Source: Octopus bimaculoides (Eukaryota). Taken from it: a stretch of 64,000 bases of DNA. The notes below the pieces were generated by a model that was not told the DNA's origin, did no database searches, and worked only from the letters and a program-made list of their open reading frames with translations. The stretch's first letter is position 1; each line of letters starts with the position of its first letter. The stretch spans positions 55,887,335 through 55,951,334 of the forward strand of contig NC_068993.1 of NCBI RefSeq assembly GCF_001194135.2, given 5' to 3'. The translations under genes were made by a program, and so were the position numbers. Shown in pieces: positions 37,863 to 49,719 of this stretch.

Positions 37863-38840
37863 GACATCTGATTAGAAAGTCGCTGGAAATAATCGCACGA
37901 TTCTTCAAGCCAAGTCAACCGGTAAAAGATTTAGGGATAGACCACCAGGGCTGGATTCATATCCATAGTTTTGGTTGGTGACACTCGGGAATCCAACAGG
38001 AAAGTGTAATGACGGTTGCTTCTGGTAGGAAGGACCCTATGGAAAGGTGCTCGAGGACTCTACCCTTACAACCTTCCCAGGTATCGTGGACAGAGAAAAT
38101 GGATGGATGTGATATGCTAATAATACCTGTATACAATACTAATGATTTTAACATCCCCTTATCGCTTCTTTTCCCACTATCAGACAATGCTTGTGAGGGT
38201 GTCTGGTTTTCTATCTCCTCAGCTAAGCTGAGTGTTTGGGGTTGCCTCAAAGACTTTTAGAGGAAGTAATCCTTCGTTTTATGTATCCAAAACGTAAAAA
38301 AAAAAATGGCAATAATCACCGTTAGATGACTAAAACTCAGCAATTAAATTAAAATGGAAGAATTTTTTTTTCTTTCAAATTAAAAAGATTATTATGAATT
38401 TGTGTATAGAAGAAATAAATGGTTGAAACCTTTTATACAGCATGCGTCTGTGAGGAGCATGGCGGACTTAATTATAATTAAAAGTAATGATGTAATTGAA
38501 AGATATTCTGCACCATAACGTCTGATATTGAAAGTACAATTAATTTTCTTGCATCGTTGGGATTTATTTAATTAAGAGGTTAGCTGAATCAATGCGTTTA
38601 GAGCATTGGCAGCCATGTTCAGATCAAAAAGCTCGGAAGTTTGGTATTGTATATGTTGCAAACATTTCTGAAACATCAAACAAAATTCCTTTTTCCTCTG
38701 AGTTTCATATTTGTCCTGTAGAGCTCGTGTGTGTATTAGTATGCACACGTTCAAATTCATGTATTAACCGCAGGCACCTCCGTCACTACCACCACTATAC
38801 AGCATTCCTTCAGTTTTTTTTTCCTTGTTCTCCCTTTCTC

Positions 38841-38990
38841 TCTATCTCATACACACTCTCTCGCACTTTTCTTTCTCACTCTCTCTCTATCTCATACACA
38901 CACTCTCGCACTTTTCTTTCTCACTCTCTCTTTATCTCATACACACTCTCTCGCACTTTTCTTTCTCACATCTCCCTCTATCTCACACGC
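38841..38990. repeat. 45-bp CT-rich minisatellite x3.3
   Basis: Units start at 38841, 38886, 38931, 38977. Confidence 0.85.
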
Positions 38991-39554
38991 CTTTTTTCAT
39001 ACATACACTCACATCGCTCTCTCACCTCTCTCATGCACACACTCTTTTTTTATGTCTTCTCTTTCTCTTCTTGTTCGTGATTTGTTGACTTTATCCATTT
39101 TCTGAAAGTTATCAGGAAACAAGTCTGAGCAGGCGGGGTGGGGGGTGGACACCCTTGTGTAGGTATGCCATCATCATCGTCATCATCATCATTTCAATGT
39201 TATTATTTATTTATTTAAGGCGGCGAGCTGGCAGAAACGTGAGCACGCCGGGTGAAATGCTTAGCGGTATTTCGTCTGCGAATGTTCTGAGTTCAAATTC
39301 CGCCGAGGTCGACTTTGCTTCTTATCCTTGCGGGGTCGATAAATTAAGTACCAGTTGCGTACTAGGTCGAACTAATCGACCTGCCCTCTCCCCCAAAATG
39401 TCGGGCCTTGTGCCTAGAGTAGAAAACAATGTTATTTATTTAAATATATCAAAATCCTTTGATATCGTATTCCACCTAAACTGATTTAACCAGCTTGAGA
39501 TCGCTCCCAGTTATAGGACACAAACTTCCTCTTTTTAAAGACACCCCCCCCCCC

Positions 39555-39627
39555 NNNNNNNNNNNNNNNNNNNNNNNNNNNNNNNNNNNNNNNNNNNNNN
39601 NNNNNNNNNNNNNNNNNNNNNNNNNNN
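39555..39627. other. Assembly gap (N)
   Basis: N run. Confidence 1.
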
Positions 39628-40059
39628 CCCGCTCATCGCCGTCGTTGTCATCAAAACTTCCAATATCGCGTCTTGGTAACCTTTTTTCTTCATAATCGCT
39701 AAAAACATTATCGGAATCGCCACTACCGCCAAGAACAACCAAATAAATCATATCCTTACCAAAAAAGTTTTTAAAATAAGGAAGCATACAATGCCTATAC
39801 AGAACCCTAGATATACAAAAAGACAGGATGATCACGGTTGGAACACTTTTGATCGAAGCCAACAGCGTCATCAAAGATGGTTATTTCATTATTGTTTTAA
39901 TTGTTTTATTGTTTCATTATCTCTAACCGTCGTTGCATTAAATTATTGTTGTCGTTTCTGTTCCTGTGTATTTATATGTGTTGTGTTGGTTTGTTGTAAT
40001 TATTGTTATTGTTATTGTAAGTTCGTAAGAGCATCAGCGGTTGACTCTATTTTCACATA

Positions 40060-40330
40060 TAGGGGACACGCGCACACACACATGCACACAAAGACAGACG
40101 CACGCACAAACACACACACACTCACATGCACGCACTCACAGACGCCTGCACAAACACACAGATGCAAACACACACACACACACAGACGCAAACACACACA
40201 CACACACAGACGCAAACACACACACACACAGACGCACGCACAGCACATAAACATATACACACAGGCGCACACACACAAGTGCACACATACACACATAGAC
40301 GCACACACATACACATTCACAAACACACAT
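40060..40330. repeat. Degenerate (CA)n microsatellite
   Basis: Direct reading. Confidence 0.9.
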
Positions 40331-40829
40331 TTAATTATGTTGTCCAACAAGAAGAGCAACAATAAACATTGCATATGTCATCATCATCATCATCATCATC
40401 ACCATCACCACCACCACCATCTGCATGATAAAATAACTAAGAAAATTGGTCCGTTGGTGTTGGATCGTCTTTCGGCCGACTTACCTGCACGCCATAAGGA
40501 TTTGCTCGATAAGACCTACCTTGGAGGCTACACAACAATATCATCATCGCCGTCGTCGTCGTCATTGTCATCATGCCCACCACCACCATCATCATTATAT
40601 TAGCATCTTCGTCATTCATCGTCGTTGTTGTCGTCACCACCATCGTCATGATCGACCCATCATCATCACCATCCACAGCAACGGCAACGAAAGTCGCAAA
40701 AGATTTGACAAGACAGGTGAGTGAAAATCGTACAGCACAGTGAGTGTTCGGTTAGCACTCAGTATTTTACCTGGGTGGGGTGAGAGCAGTAGCCCCATGG
40801 TAACAAGAGGTGGGTGGTTAGCACACAAA

Positions 40830-40978
40830 ATGTTGCCCCACAATCGTCTAGAAGAAGTCGGGTTCGAACGACAGAAGAGCTGGGTAGGCTTTACCCGTCG
40901 TTTAACGAAATCTAACAATAGCAACAGTTGTGGTTTCTCATCTGATTCAACATGGAGCCAAAGTGATTTTTCTCAACG
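40830..40978 (+). CDS. Uncharacterised gene, putative first coding exon (MLPHNRLEEVGFERQKSWVGFTRRL..DFSQR)
   Basis: caaaATG context (in-frame upstream ATG at 40797), CG|GTAAGT donor, phase 2, in a CpG-rich zone. Confidence 0.6.
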
Positions 40979-41322
40979 GTAAGTGGACAAACTGTTTGTG
41001 TGAACGCACTACACTACACACACACGAAGTGTGTGTATAAAGCGCGAAACTGATGGGACATTCTGGATATGGACTGAAGAATAAATCGGTTGTGAATGGT
41101 CCATGTATCTTGTCCAGTTTCCTTCTTATGTTATCGTCTAGTTTTCTGTATGTTTTTCGTTGGATTTATGCTTGCTCTGTTTTCTCCTTGTTGTGTTCTT
41201 GTTCAACCATTGATTTATATGTATATAATTGAATAAGATGGTCAACCATACATATATATGTATGTATACGAGGTATGTATGTATGCTTGTGCGGTATAAT
41301 TGTCATTATTATCTGTATTTGA

Positions 41323-41356
<34 letters not shown>

Positions 41357-41365
41357 TTACCTTAC

Positions 41366-41423
<58 letters not shown>

Positions 41424-42255
41424 GTGTGTATGCGTGTGTGTATCTGTCTGTCTATGTATGTATGTATGTATGTATGTATGTATGTATGTATGTGTCTTGG
41501 GTGTCACATACGTAGCCCGAACGGAGAGGGATCGAAAGATTCGAACCCTCTCCGGTTACCGGTATATGGTTTTTCAAAAATATATCTGCATGAGTATATG
41601 TATGTTTATGAAGATAATTTTCGCAATCACTGGACCCCCAAATCGTATCCATTCTATTGCGTAGCATTTAAAACACTTTTTTTTTCATACGGGGTCGAAT
41701 CAAAGCTATGTGAGTAAAACTGTATGGAGGTGACATTACGGAAGCTGATCAAAGAAACTCTATACGTAATGCAAAGGTCCAAGCTTGTCACACTATGTCA
41801 TGTTGCATGTGTTTGCGATATACGTTAAGGATCCAAGTATATGTGGAATATTCAGCCACTTACTAAATAATTTAATAGGTGGGAAGTTCAGTCGATCGAA
41901 CAGCTGGAATACTCATCGTCGAAACAGACGGAAATCCATTAATTTTTTTACTCTGTATATGTGTGAGGAAAATATTTTGACTGAATATCTGTCCGGGTTG
42001 GATGTTTTTATATTAAAAATGAAAGAGAAGAGAGAGAAAAAAAAAAGAGAAAGAATAGGTTTGTTACATGTTGTTACATGTTGTCTGCTTTTATCTGTGT
42101 GTAAGTGCTTTTGTTTTATCACAGCAGGTTGATAATAGGAAGGAAAAAAGTGCCTACGCACACACATACTCACACGCACACACACACACACAGAGAAGCG
42201 TTACTTTTTTATTTACAGATCAACACTGACAGCAATGACCTGGTTTTGCATAATG

Positions 42256-42293
<38 letters not shown>

Positions 42294-42971
42294 NNNNNNN
42301 NNNNNNNNNNNNNNNNNNNNNNNNNNNNNNNNNNNNNNNNNNNNNNNNNNNNNNNNNNNNNNNNNNNNNNNNNNNNNNNNNNNNNNNNNNNNNNNNNNNN
42401 NNNNNNNNNNNNNNNNNNNNNNNNNNNNNNNNNNNNNNNNNNNNNNNNNNNNNNNNNNNNNNNNNNNNNNNNNNNNNNNNNNNNNNNNNNNNNNNNNNNN
42501 NNNNNNNNNNNNNNNNNNNNNNNNNNNNNNNNNNNNNNNNNNNNNNNNNNNNNNNNNNNNNNNNNNNNNNNNNNNNNNNNNNNNNNNNNNNNNNNNNNNN
42601 NNNNNNNNNNNNNNNNNNNNNNNNNNNNNNNNNNNNNNNNNNNNNNNNNNNNNNNNNNNNNNNNNNNNNNNNNNNNNNNNNNNNNNNNNNNNNNNNNNNN
42701 NNNNNNNNNNNNNNNNNNNNNNNNNNNNNNNNNNNNNNNNNNNNNNNNNNNNNNNNNNNNNNNNNNNNNNNNNNNNNNNNNNNNNNNNNNNNNNNNNNNN
42801 NNNNNNNNNNNNNNNNNNNNNNNNNNNNNNNNNNNNNNNNNNNNNNNNNNNNNNNNNNNNNNNNNNNNNNNNNNNNNNNNNNNNNNNNNNNNNNNNNNNN
42901 NNNNNNNNNNNNNNNNNNNNNNNNNNNNNNNNNNNNNNNNNNNNNNNNNNNNNNNNNNNNNNNNNNNNNNN
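42294..42971. other. Assembly gap (N)
   Basis: N run flanked by (TA)n. Confidence 1.
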
Positions 42972-43091
42972 ATATATATAACAGAAAGGGAAGAGTTTCG
43001 ATTATCTCTATGTGGTGAGTTGTAACGCAAAAAAAATAAATAGGTGAAAAATGGTGAAAAAAAATAAAAATGTTGGACTAACGATTATGGT

Positions 43092-43480
43092 TTAAATATT
43101 ATCACCAAGTATATACTTCCTGACTATATAAAAGTACAAACATACATATTGGCAGGCCTTTTGTTTGGTTTTGGTGAGGCCTGCATGAACAGGTACTGAG
43201 GTGCAATGTAACGCGTAAAATTTAACAATGGTAAGGTTGGTCTCAATAGTATTCTTGTGCCCAAAGGAGCTAAGGATGTGAATTAGGTCCTTCCTAAGTC
43301 TATTTAGGGTATACCCATTCGCACCTCTAGAGATGGCTAAAGCATCATCTCTGTATAGACCGAAAAGGACTGATGGCAGCGTCTTTGTTAAGGTGTCCAC
43401 TATATACAACCCTTTGAGGTCACAAATATCAGAGCTGTCTAAGTCTCCCACTGCCACATCGAAAGAGCCCTACCAGGTTA
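43092..43480 (-). mobile_element. Penelope-like element RT remnant
   Basis: GDLDSSDICDLKGLYI..GLYRDDALA..RKDLI..TIETNLTIVKF (YRDD motif). Confidence 0.8.
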
Positions 43481-43802
43481 GTTTGTTTGACCCAGGCCAA
43501 AGGTCAGTTTGTTTGACCCATGCCAAACCTTTATTGAACAGTAGCATTCTCCTAGCATGCATAATTATGTCTATGTTTCTATTGCAGAGTTAACAGAATT
43601 TCTATTCATATAGATAGGCAGACAGATTGTTGACTAGTATATTACTAGTTAAACTAAATAACAGGTCAAAATGTTATTGTGAGTGTGTGTGTGTTTATCT
43701 TTATTTAAATTATCAAGATAACTAAAAGAATGATTTCGTTTTTGGATTTGGTTTGCAAGATTTTTTATGTGATTTCGTGTGTTGAAGCATATTCTGTTGT
43801 GT

Positions 43803-43950
43803 CTGGGGAGAGTCATTTTCTTATTGTGCCTTAAAATTTAACACACTCACCGGAACGAAAATTTTAGGAAAATAAAAAGAAAAATAAGTGGAAATTTTAC
43901 CGGTGAGTGTGTTAAATTTTAAGGCACAATAAGAAAATGACTCTCCCCAG
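43803..43950. repeat. Perfect 51-bp inverted repeat, 46-nt spacer
   Basis: 43803-43853 is the exact reverse complement of 43900-43950. Confidence 0.95.
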
Positions 43951-46068
43951 AGGTAAAAGAATGATGAAATCAGTTATAAGCTGCATTTGCTGGTGATTAA
44001 AACTTCACTGGAATAACTCTTTCCTTTTGAACTGAAAGTTTTATTTATTTCAAAATTGTTTATGTATATGAAAAAAAAAAAAAAAAAAAAATAACCAAAC
44101 TTTTCAGACAGAAAATGTGTGTGGAAGTCACAGAAGGCGTAATTATAATTGACTCTGATGATTTGATTTGAAAGTAATTGCTTCCTATGGGATATTTGCA
44201 ACATGATGATTGCTACTGAAAGTAACATTAAATTTCTTGCATCGTTGGAATTAATTAATAATCCAGCAGTGTGTTGTAATGAGCCAATGTGTTTGGTGAA
44301 TTGCCAGACATGCTCAGATGGAAAACCTTAGAGATGTTGTACTTGCATGCTTTATTGAATTATTAGCCGAGTTTTTTTTCTTTTTTTGTCTGTGGCTCTC
44401 GTATCCCACTGCTTCACCCCGGATAGGTTTATCTGTGGTGGATGGCAATTAACTGCAAACAATCTGTTGTTATGGAGCTGGTTGGTATCAAGTATAGAAA
44501 CAACAGTTAATTGGTATAATGTCTTTGAATTCAGTTGCATTTAATAGCAAGTTTCCGGTTAATGCTGATTATTACTGATTACATTATATATATATATATT
44601 TTTGGACTTGGATGGTCTCATACCACATTCACACAGGTATTTCTACAAGCAATTCATTCATCTCTTCCCTTATAACGCCTCCCTCAAGTCCTGCATTAAT
44701 CTATGAGTGGACTGGAGTAACATGAAATAAAGTGCCTTGCTCAAGGACATACTGTACTGCCAGGAATTGAACTCACGATCTTAATTCTGTGAGCTGAATA
44801 CCGCTAAGTCTTTTCTCCTCAGAATGATCGCTCTCTGGAAAGCCCTTTCCCTGCTCATGTTTTTCTTGCATCTGTTGACTTACAACTGTTCATAAGGAAC
44901 ATTTATTATGTCAGTCTCACTAGTAATGGAGGACTGTGAAAAACCACAAGCACAGTCCCTTCATCCAGAAAAAGAAAAAAAATGATATTCTGTTGGTTAC
45001 GATGATGAGGGTTCCAGTTGATTGGATCAACAGAACAGCCTGCTTGTGAAATTAAATGTGCAAGTGGCTGAGCACTCCACAGACACATGTACCCTTAATG
45101 TAGTTCTCAGGGAGATTCTGCATGACACAGAATGTGACAAGGCCGGCCCTTTGAATTACAGGTACAACTCACTTTTGCCAGCTGAGTGGACTGGAGCAAT
45201 GTGTCTTGTTCAAGGACACAATGGACTACCAAGAATTGAACTCACAACGTCATGGCCATGAGCCGAATGCCCTAACCACTAAGCCATGTGCCTTCACTTC
45301 CCAAGCAAACATGCCACTGCATAACAATACCATCATACAACACCATACTCATTCACTATACTGGTAATTCTCTGTCTTTTTGAATTTGTCGGACACTCAA
45401 GACCAAACCAAAAATTACTGGAGCACTTTTTGTGCAAAGCAAAAAAATTACTGACACATTTCACACAGAAATTAGAAATATAAAAGGATTTAAAGTTAAA
45501 AATTTAGCAAAAATATAGAAAACCATTCTTTTTTGTCTTATTAATCATACATCGTCATCATCATCATCATCGTCAACATTTAACATCTGTTTTTAATGCA
45601 GGTATGGGTCGGATGGCTTGACAGGAACTTGCATGGTCAGGGGTCACACCAGGTTCCATCGTCTTTTTTGGCATGGTTTCTATGGCTGGATGCCCATCCT
45701 AATGCCAACCACTTTACAGAGTGTACTGGGTGTTTTTTTCGTGGCACCATCGCCAGTGCGTTTTATACAGCATCAACACCAGTGTCTTTTATGTGGCACC
45801 AGCGTTCACACCAAAGTGTTTTACATGGCACCTTGGTTTTAGGATCTCAGTTCTGTTATGGTAGGCAGGTCTTCTTGAGTACAGTAATGTGCCACATGTA
45901 TATCTCAGTCCTATTCTTTTATTCTTTTACTTCTTTCAGTAGTAGTAGTAGTAGTAATATAGACAGAGCGACAATATAATGTTATATGCAAAAATCTCAA
46001 GATGGAAGATGTGGAGTTACAACTTTATTACCTGTTCTTTGAATAAAATTTCTCCTCTGTCCTTCCAG

Positions 46069-46194
46069 AAACACATTATTGTCCAATATGAGAACCAAGT
46101 CAGCAGCATATTCCTGCTTCCAAGAGCAGCAAAGCTTTCATTTTGATGACACAACCCCATTTTCAAGAAGTAGCATTCTTCGAACAGAGCCTTG
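46069..46194 (+). CDS. Uncharacterised gene, internal exon (NTLLSNMRTKSAAYSCF..RTEP)
   Basis: Acceptor tctcctctgtccttccag, TG|GTGAGT donor, 126 nt, open only in the phase 2-2 frame that fits the neighbours. Confidence 0.65.
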
Positions 46195-46619
46195 GTGAGT
46201 ACCTTGTTTATCGAGCCATCGAAGAGCTAATAGTTACAGTTGGACCATGTTTCACTGATAAGGTTTAATAAGACTGAAACATACCAGGAGTTGTCACAGT
46301 ACTATTAAAGACCACAATATTTACTCCCTACAATATTCCATATTTAATTAATTTTCATTAATTTAAATTTTGGAGTTGTCTCCCTTGCTTCTTGTTTTAT
46401 TTCTCATTTAGGAAATTATTGTTTTCTTTACTCAAAGAGGAATCTGTATCTGTTTCCAGTCCTTTTATTCTTATCGATACTGACCATGCTACTATTATTC
46501 TGGCACAGTCCATCTAGGATTACATTATCTTATGTATCCTTCTTTTATTGTAACAAAACAAAAGTAGATTGTAATTAGGTTGTCATTTTCCGAGCAGAGG
46601 GACTACATAGAATCTCTGT

Positions 46620-47518
46620 TGTTGGTTTGTGATATTGCTTGTTGTTATTGCAGTGGTGGCGACAGATGTGGTGGTAGTGATGATGCTGACGATTATTGGA
46701 TGGTGGGAGATGTGTTGGTTGTTGGAAGGGTGGTGGTGATAGCTGCTGGAGTAGTGTTGGTCGTGGGTGGTAGTGAGTAGTGGCGGAGGTGGTTGTTCTT
46801 GGAGTGGTAGTGATGTATGAGGTGGTGGCGGTTGTAATGTTGATGGTCGTTGAAATATTGGTAGTGGTGGCAGTAGTTGTTATAGTGGTGGTGGTGGTGG
46901 TGTTGCTGCTGGTTGTTTTGGGGGTGAATGGTGGTGGCAGTAATGGTAGTGGTTGGAGGTAAGTACTTTGGTGGTGGGGACATAATGGTTGAGATTGAGG
47001 AGGTGATGTCACATGAAAATACCTGTTCAGACACGTGCGCTTACGTGTGTATGCATGTATGTGTTTGTGTGTGCTTGTGTTTATATCTACTGATGTGTGT
47101 ATATCTATGTGTGTATATATGCATAAATGTATATGTATGTGTTTGTGTGTGTGTATAAATGTATGAGAGCAGATGTGCTTATACATACTTGTGTATATGT
47201 GGGTATATATATATATGTGTTTTGTATGCTTACGTGTGTGTGTATGTGTGCTTATATCTGCATGTCTATCTGTGTGTGTATGTATGCATATATTATGTGT
47301 GTGTTTGTGTGTGTATGAATGTATGAGAGCTGATGTGTTTATATATGTTTAGTGTGTGTGTATATCTTTTGTATACTTACATGTGTGTGTGTGCTTATAT
47401 CTGCTTATATGTGTATGTATGCATATGTGTATCTGTGTGCGCGTGTGTATGTATTTGTGTTTATGTGTATGTGTGTGTATGAGTGCTGATATGCCCATAT
47501 AATGTACTTATGTGTACT

Positions 47519-47551
<33 letters not shown>

Positions 47552-47560
47552 ATATATGTT
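46620..47560. repeat. Low-complexity (GGT/GTG)n followed by (GT/AT)n tract
   Basis: Direct reading; explains the spurious Thr/His-rich ORFs. Confidence 0.85.
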
Positions 47561-48005
47561 TGTGGTGTAAATGTAGTGAGTTAATCTTTCTATCTGTATG
47601 TTGTTGTTAGGTCCCCAAGTCAAAACTGACAGAGCAAACTTACACTCAAAGCCATTCCACCCATGACCACCCTGTAATTTTAAAAGTATCTATGACAACA
47701 GTATCTAATGTGTCCTTTTCTTTTTCTAAATCAATAGGTTGTGTGATTTGAAGGAGATTTAGGTGTTATTTCTTGCAGGCTGGCCAACCACTTAGCAGTG
47801 CACTAAGTTTCTACAGCTGGATACCCTTCCAAATGCCAACCACACTGAGAGTGTAGGGGTGCTTTTTACATGCCACCAGCACAGGAGCCAGTCAGGGGAT
47901 ACTGGCATTGGTCAAACACACACACACCGTTTCTGTGTCTTGTGACACTATGCATTTGTATATCTATAAATGTAGTGTGTGGGTCTTTGTACATCTATGT
48001 CTTCC

Positions 48006-48045
<40 letters not shown>

Positions 48046-48350
48046 NNNNNNNNNNNNNNNNNNNNNNNNNNNNNNNNNNNNNNNNNNNNNNNNNNNNNNN
48101 NNNNNNNNNNNNNNNNNNNNNNNNNNNNNNNNNNNNNNNNNNNNNNNNNNNNNNNNNNNNNNNNNNNNNNNNNNNNNNNNNNNNNNNNNNNNNNNNNNNN
48201 NNNNNNNNNNNNNNNNNNNNNNNNNNNNNNNNNNNNNNNNNNNNNNNNNNNNNNNNNNNNNNNNNNNNNNNNNNNNNNNNNNNNNNNNNNNNNNNNNNNN
48301 NNNNNNNNNNNNNNNNNNNNNNNNNNNNNNNNNNNNNNNNNNNNNNNNNN
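48046..48350. other. Assembly gap (N)
   Basis: N run. Confidence 1.
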
Positions 48351-48682
48351 GCCCCCCCCCCCACCTCATAAGCTGATAAACAGAAATTGATAAAGTAAAA
48401 AATAAACTGAAAAATACCTCCTCCAGTTGATATGATTAACTGAAATCCTTCAATGCTGCCACATGACCTTAGTTCAATGAATGAAACTGATAATGTGTAC
48501 GAGAATGTTTGTGAGTGTGTGTGTGTGTGTGTGTATGTATGTTTGTGTCAATGAGTACTTAATAATTTGTTTTACAGACCAATTCTACATTAAGCTTAGA
48601 CAATGTTTACTTGGACTGTAAGACCAGTTTGTGTTGATACACTGCACATACACATATACTCATATGAGTGTGTGTGTATGTG

Positions 48683-48737
<55 letters not shown>

Positions 48738-48753
48738 GTGTGTGTGTGTGTGT

Positions 48754-49122
48754 GGACACGCAATGGCCCAGTGGTTAGGGCAGCGGACTCGCGGTCATAG
48801 GATCGTGGTTTCGATTCCCAGACCGGGCATTGTGAGTGTTTATTGAGTGAAAACACCTAAAGCTCCACGAGGCTCCGGCAGGGGATGGTGGCAAACCCTG
48901 CTGTACTCTTTCACCACAACTTTCTTCCTGTTTCTGTTGTGCCTGTATTTCAAAGGGGCCAGCTTTGTCACACTGTGTCACGCTGAATTTCCCCGAAAAC
49001 TCCGTTAAGGGTACACGTGTCTGTGGAGTGCTCAGCCACTTGCACGTTAATTTCACGAGCAGGCTGTTCCGTTGATCGGATCAACTGGAACCCTCGACGT
49101 CGTAAGCGACTGAGTGCCAACA
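48754..49122 (+). mobile_element. tRNA-derived SINE, near full length (related: about 44995-45297 -, 19850-20100 -, 57900-58090 -, 60725-61050 +)
   Basis: Head GCAATGGCCCAGTGGTTAGGGCAGCGGACTC..GGTTTCGATTCCCAGACC; shared tail GTGGAGTGCTCAGCCACTTGCAC..GATCAACTGGAACCCTC. Confidence 0.75.
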
Positions 49123-49639
49123 ATATATATATATATATATATCTTTTACTTGTTTCAGTCATTTGACTGCAACTATACGGAGAGCCACCTTGTAGGGTTT
49201 TAGTCAAACAAATTGACCCCAGGGCTTATTTTTTTTAAAGCCTAATACTTATTCTATCAGTCTCTAATGCTGAGCCACTAAGTTACAGGGACTTAAACAC
49301 ACCAACACAAGTCATCGAGTGTTGATGGGGGACAAACACAGATACAAAGACACACACACATAGATATATACAAATAGATATATATACGACAGGCTTCTTT
49401 CAGTTTCCGTCTCCAAATTCCCCTGACAATTTACCTGTTTGTCTGTGTGTCTGTGTTTATATATATGTAGCCAGTCTAAAGAGGGAGAGGTACTTGTCAC
49501 AGTCATCTCTTTAACAGCGTTGTATCTCAATTCAGCACTGGCTTAATGTATGGATATTTGTATTTGTGCCATAGTGAAACCGCAACCCCTACTGATTACC
49601 AAATGTCCATGCATAAAATCCTGTGATTAACTATTTCAG

Positions 49640-49719
49640 CTTTTTCTAGAATGGACAAGAAGCCAGTCTGCTTTAGACAGCATTGCCAGAAAATATGGCA
49701 CCTACACTATATCTACTAA
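49640..49719 (+). CDS. Uncharacterised gene, candidate exon (LFLEWTRSQSALDSIARKYG..)
   Basis: ctatttcag acceptor (or tag at 49649), AA|GTAAAC donor, ends in phase 2; needs a phase-shifting exon upstream. Confidence 0.35.

Noticed and set aside
38460-38760. Protein-like minus ORF DKYETQRKKEF..
   Set aside because: Adjacent sequence resembles 44130-44270, suggesting a repeat remnant; no partner exons
39791-40374. His/Thr- and Cys/Val-rich ORFs (also 41229-41717, 46575-47623, 48596-48856, 50552-51261)
   Set aside because: Translations of microsatellite and low-complexity DNA
40485-40530. Minus-strand exon-like GRSYRANPYGVQ|GTAAGT, plus acidic ORF at 39476-39874
   Set aside because: Could not build a phase-consistent chain; interrupted by a gap and inside the CpG-rich start region of the + gene
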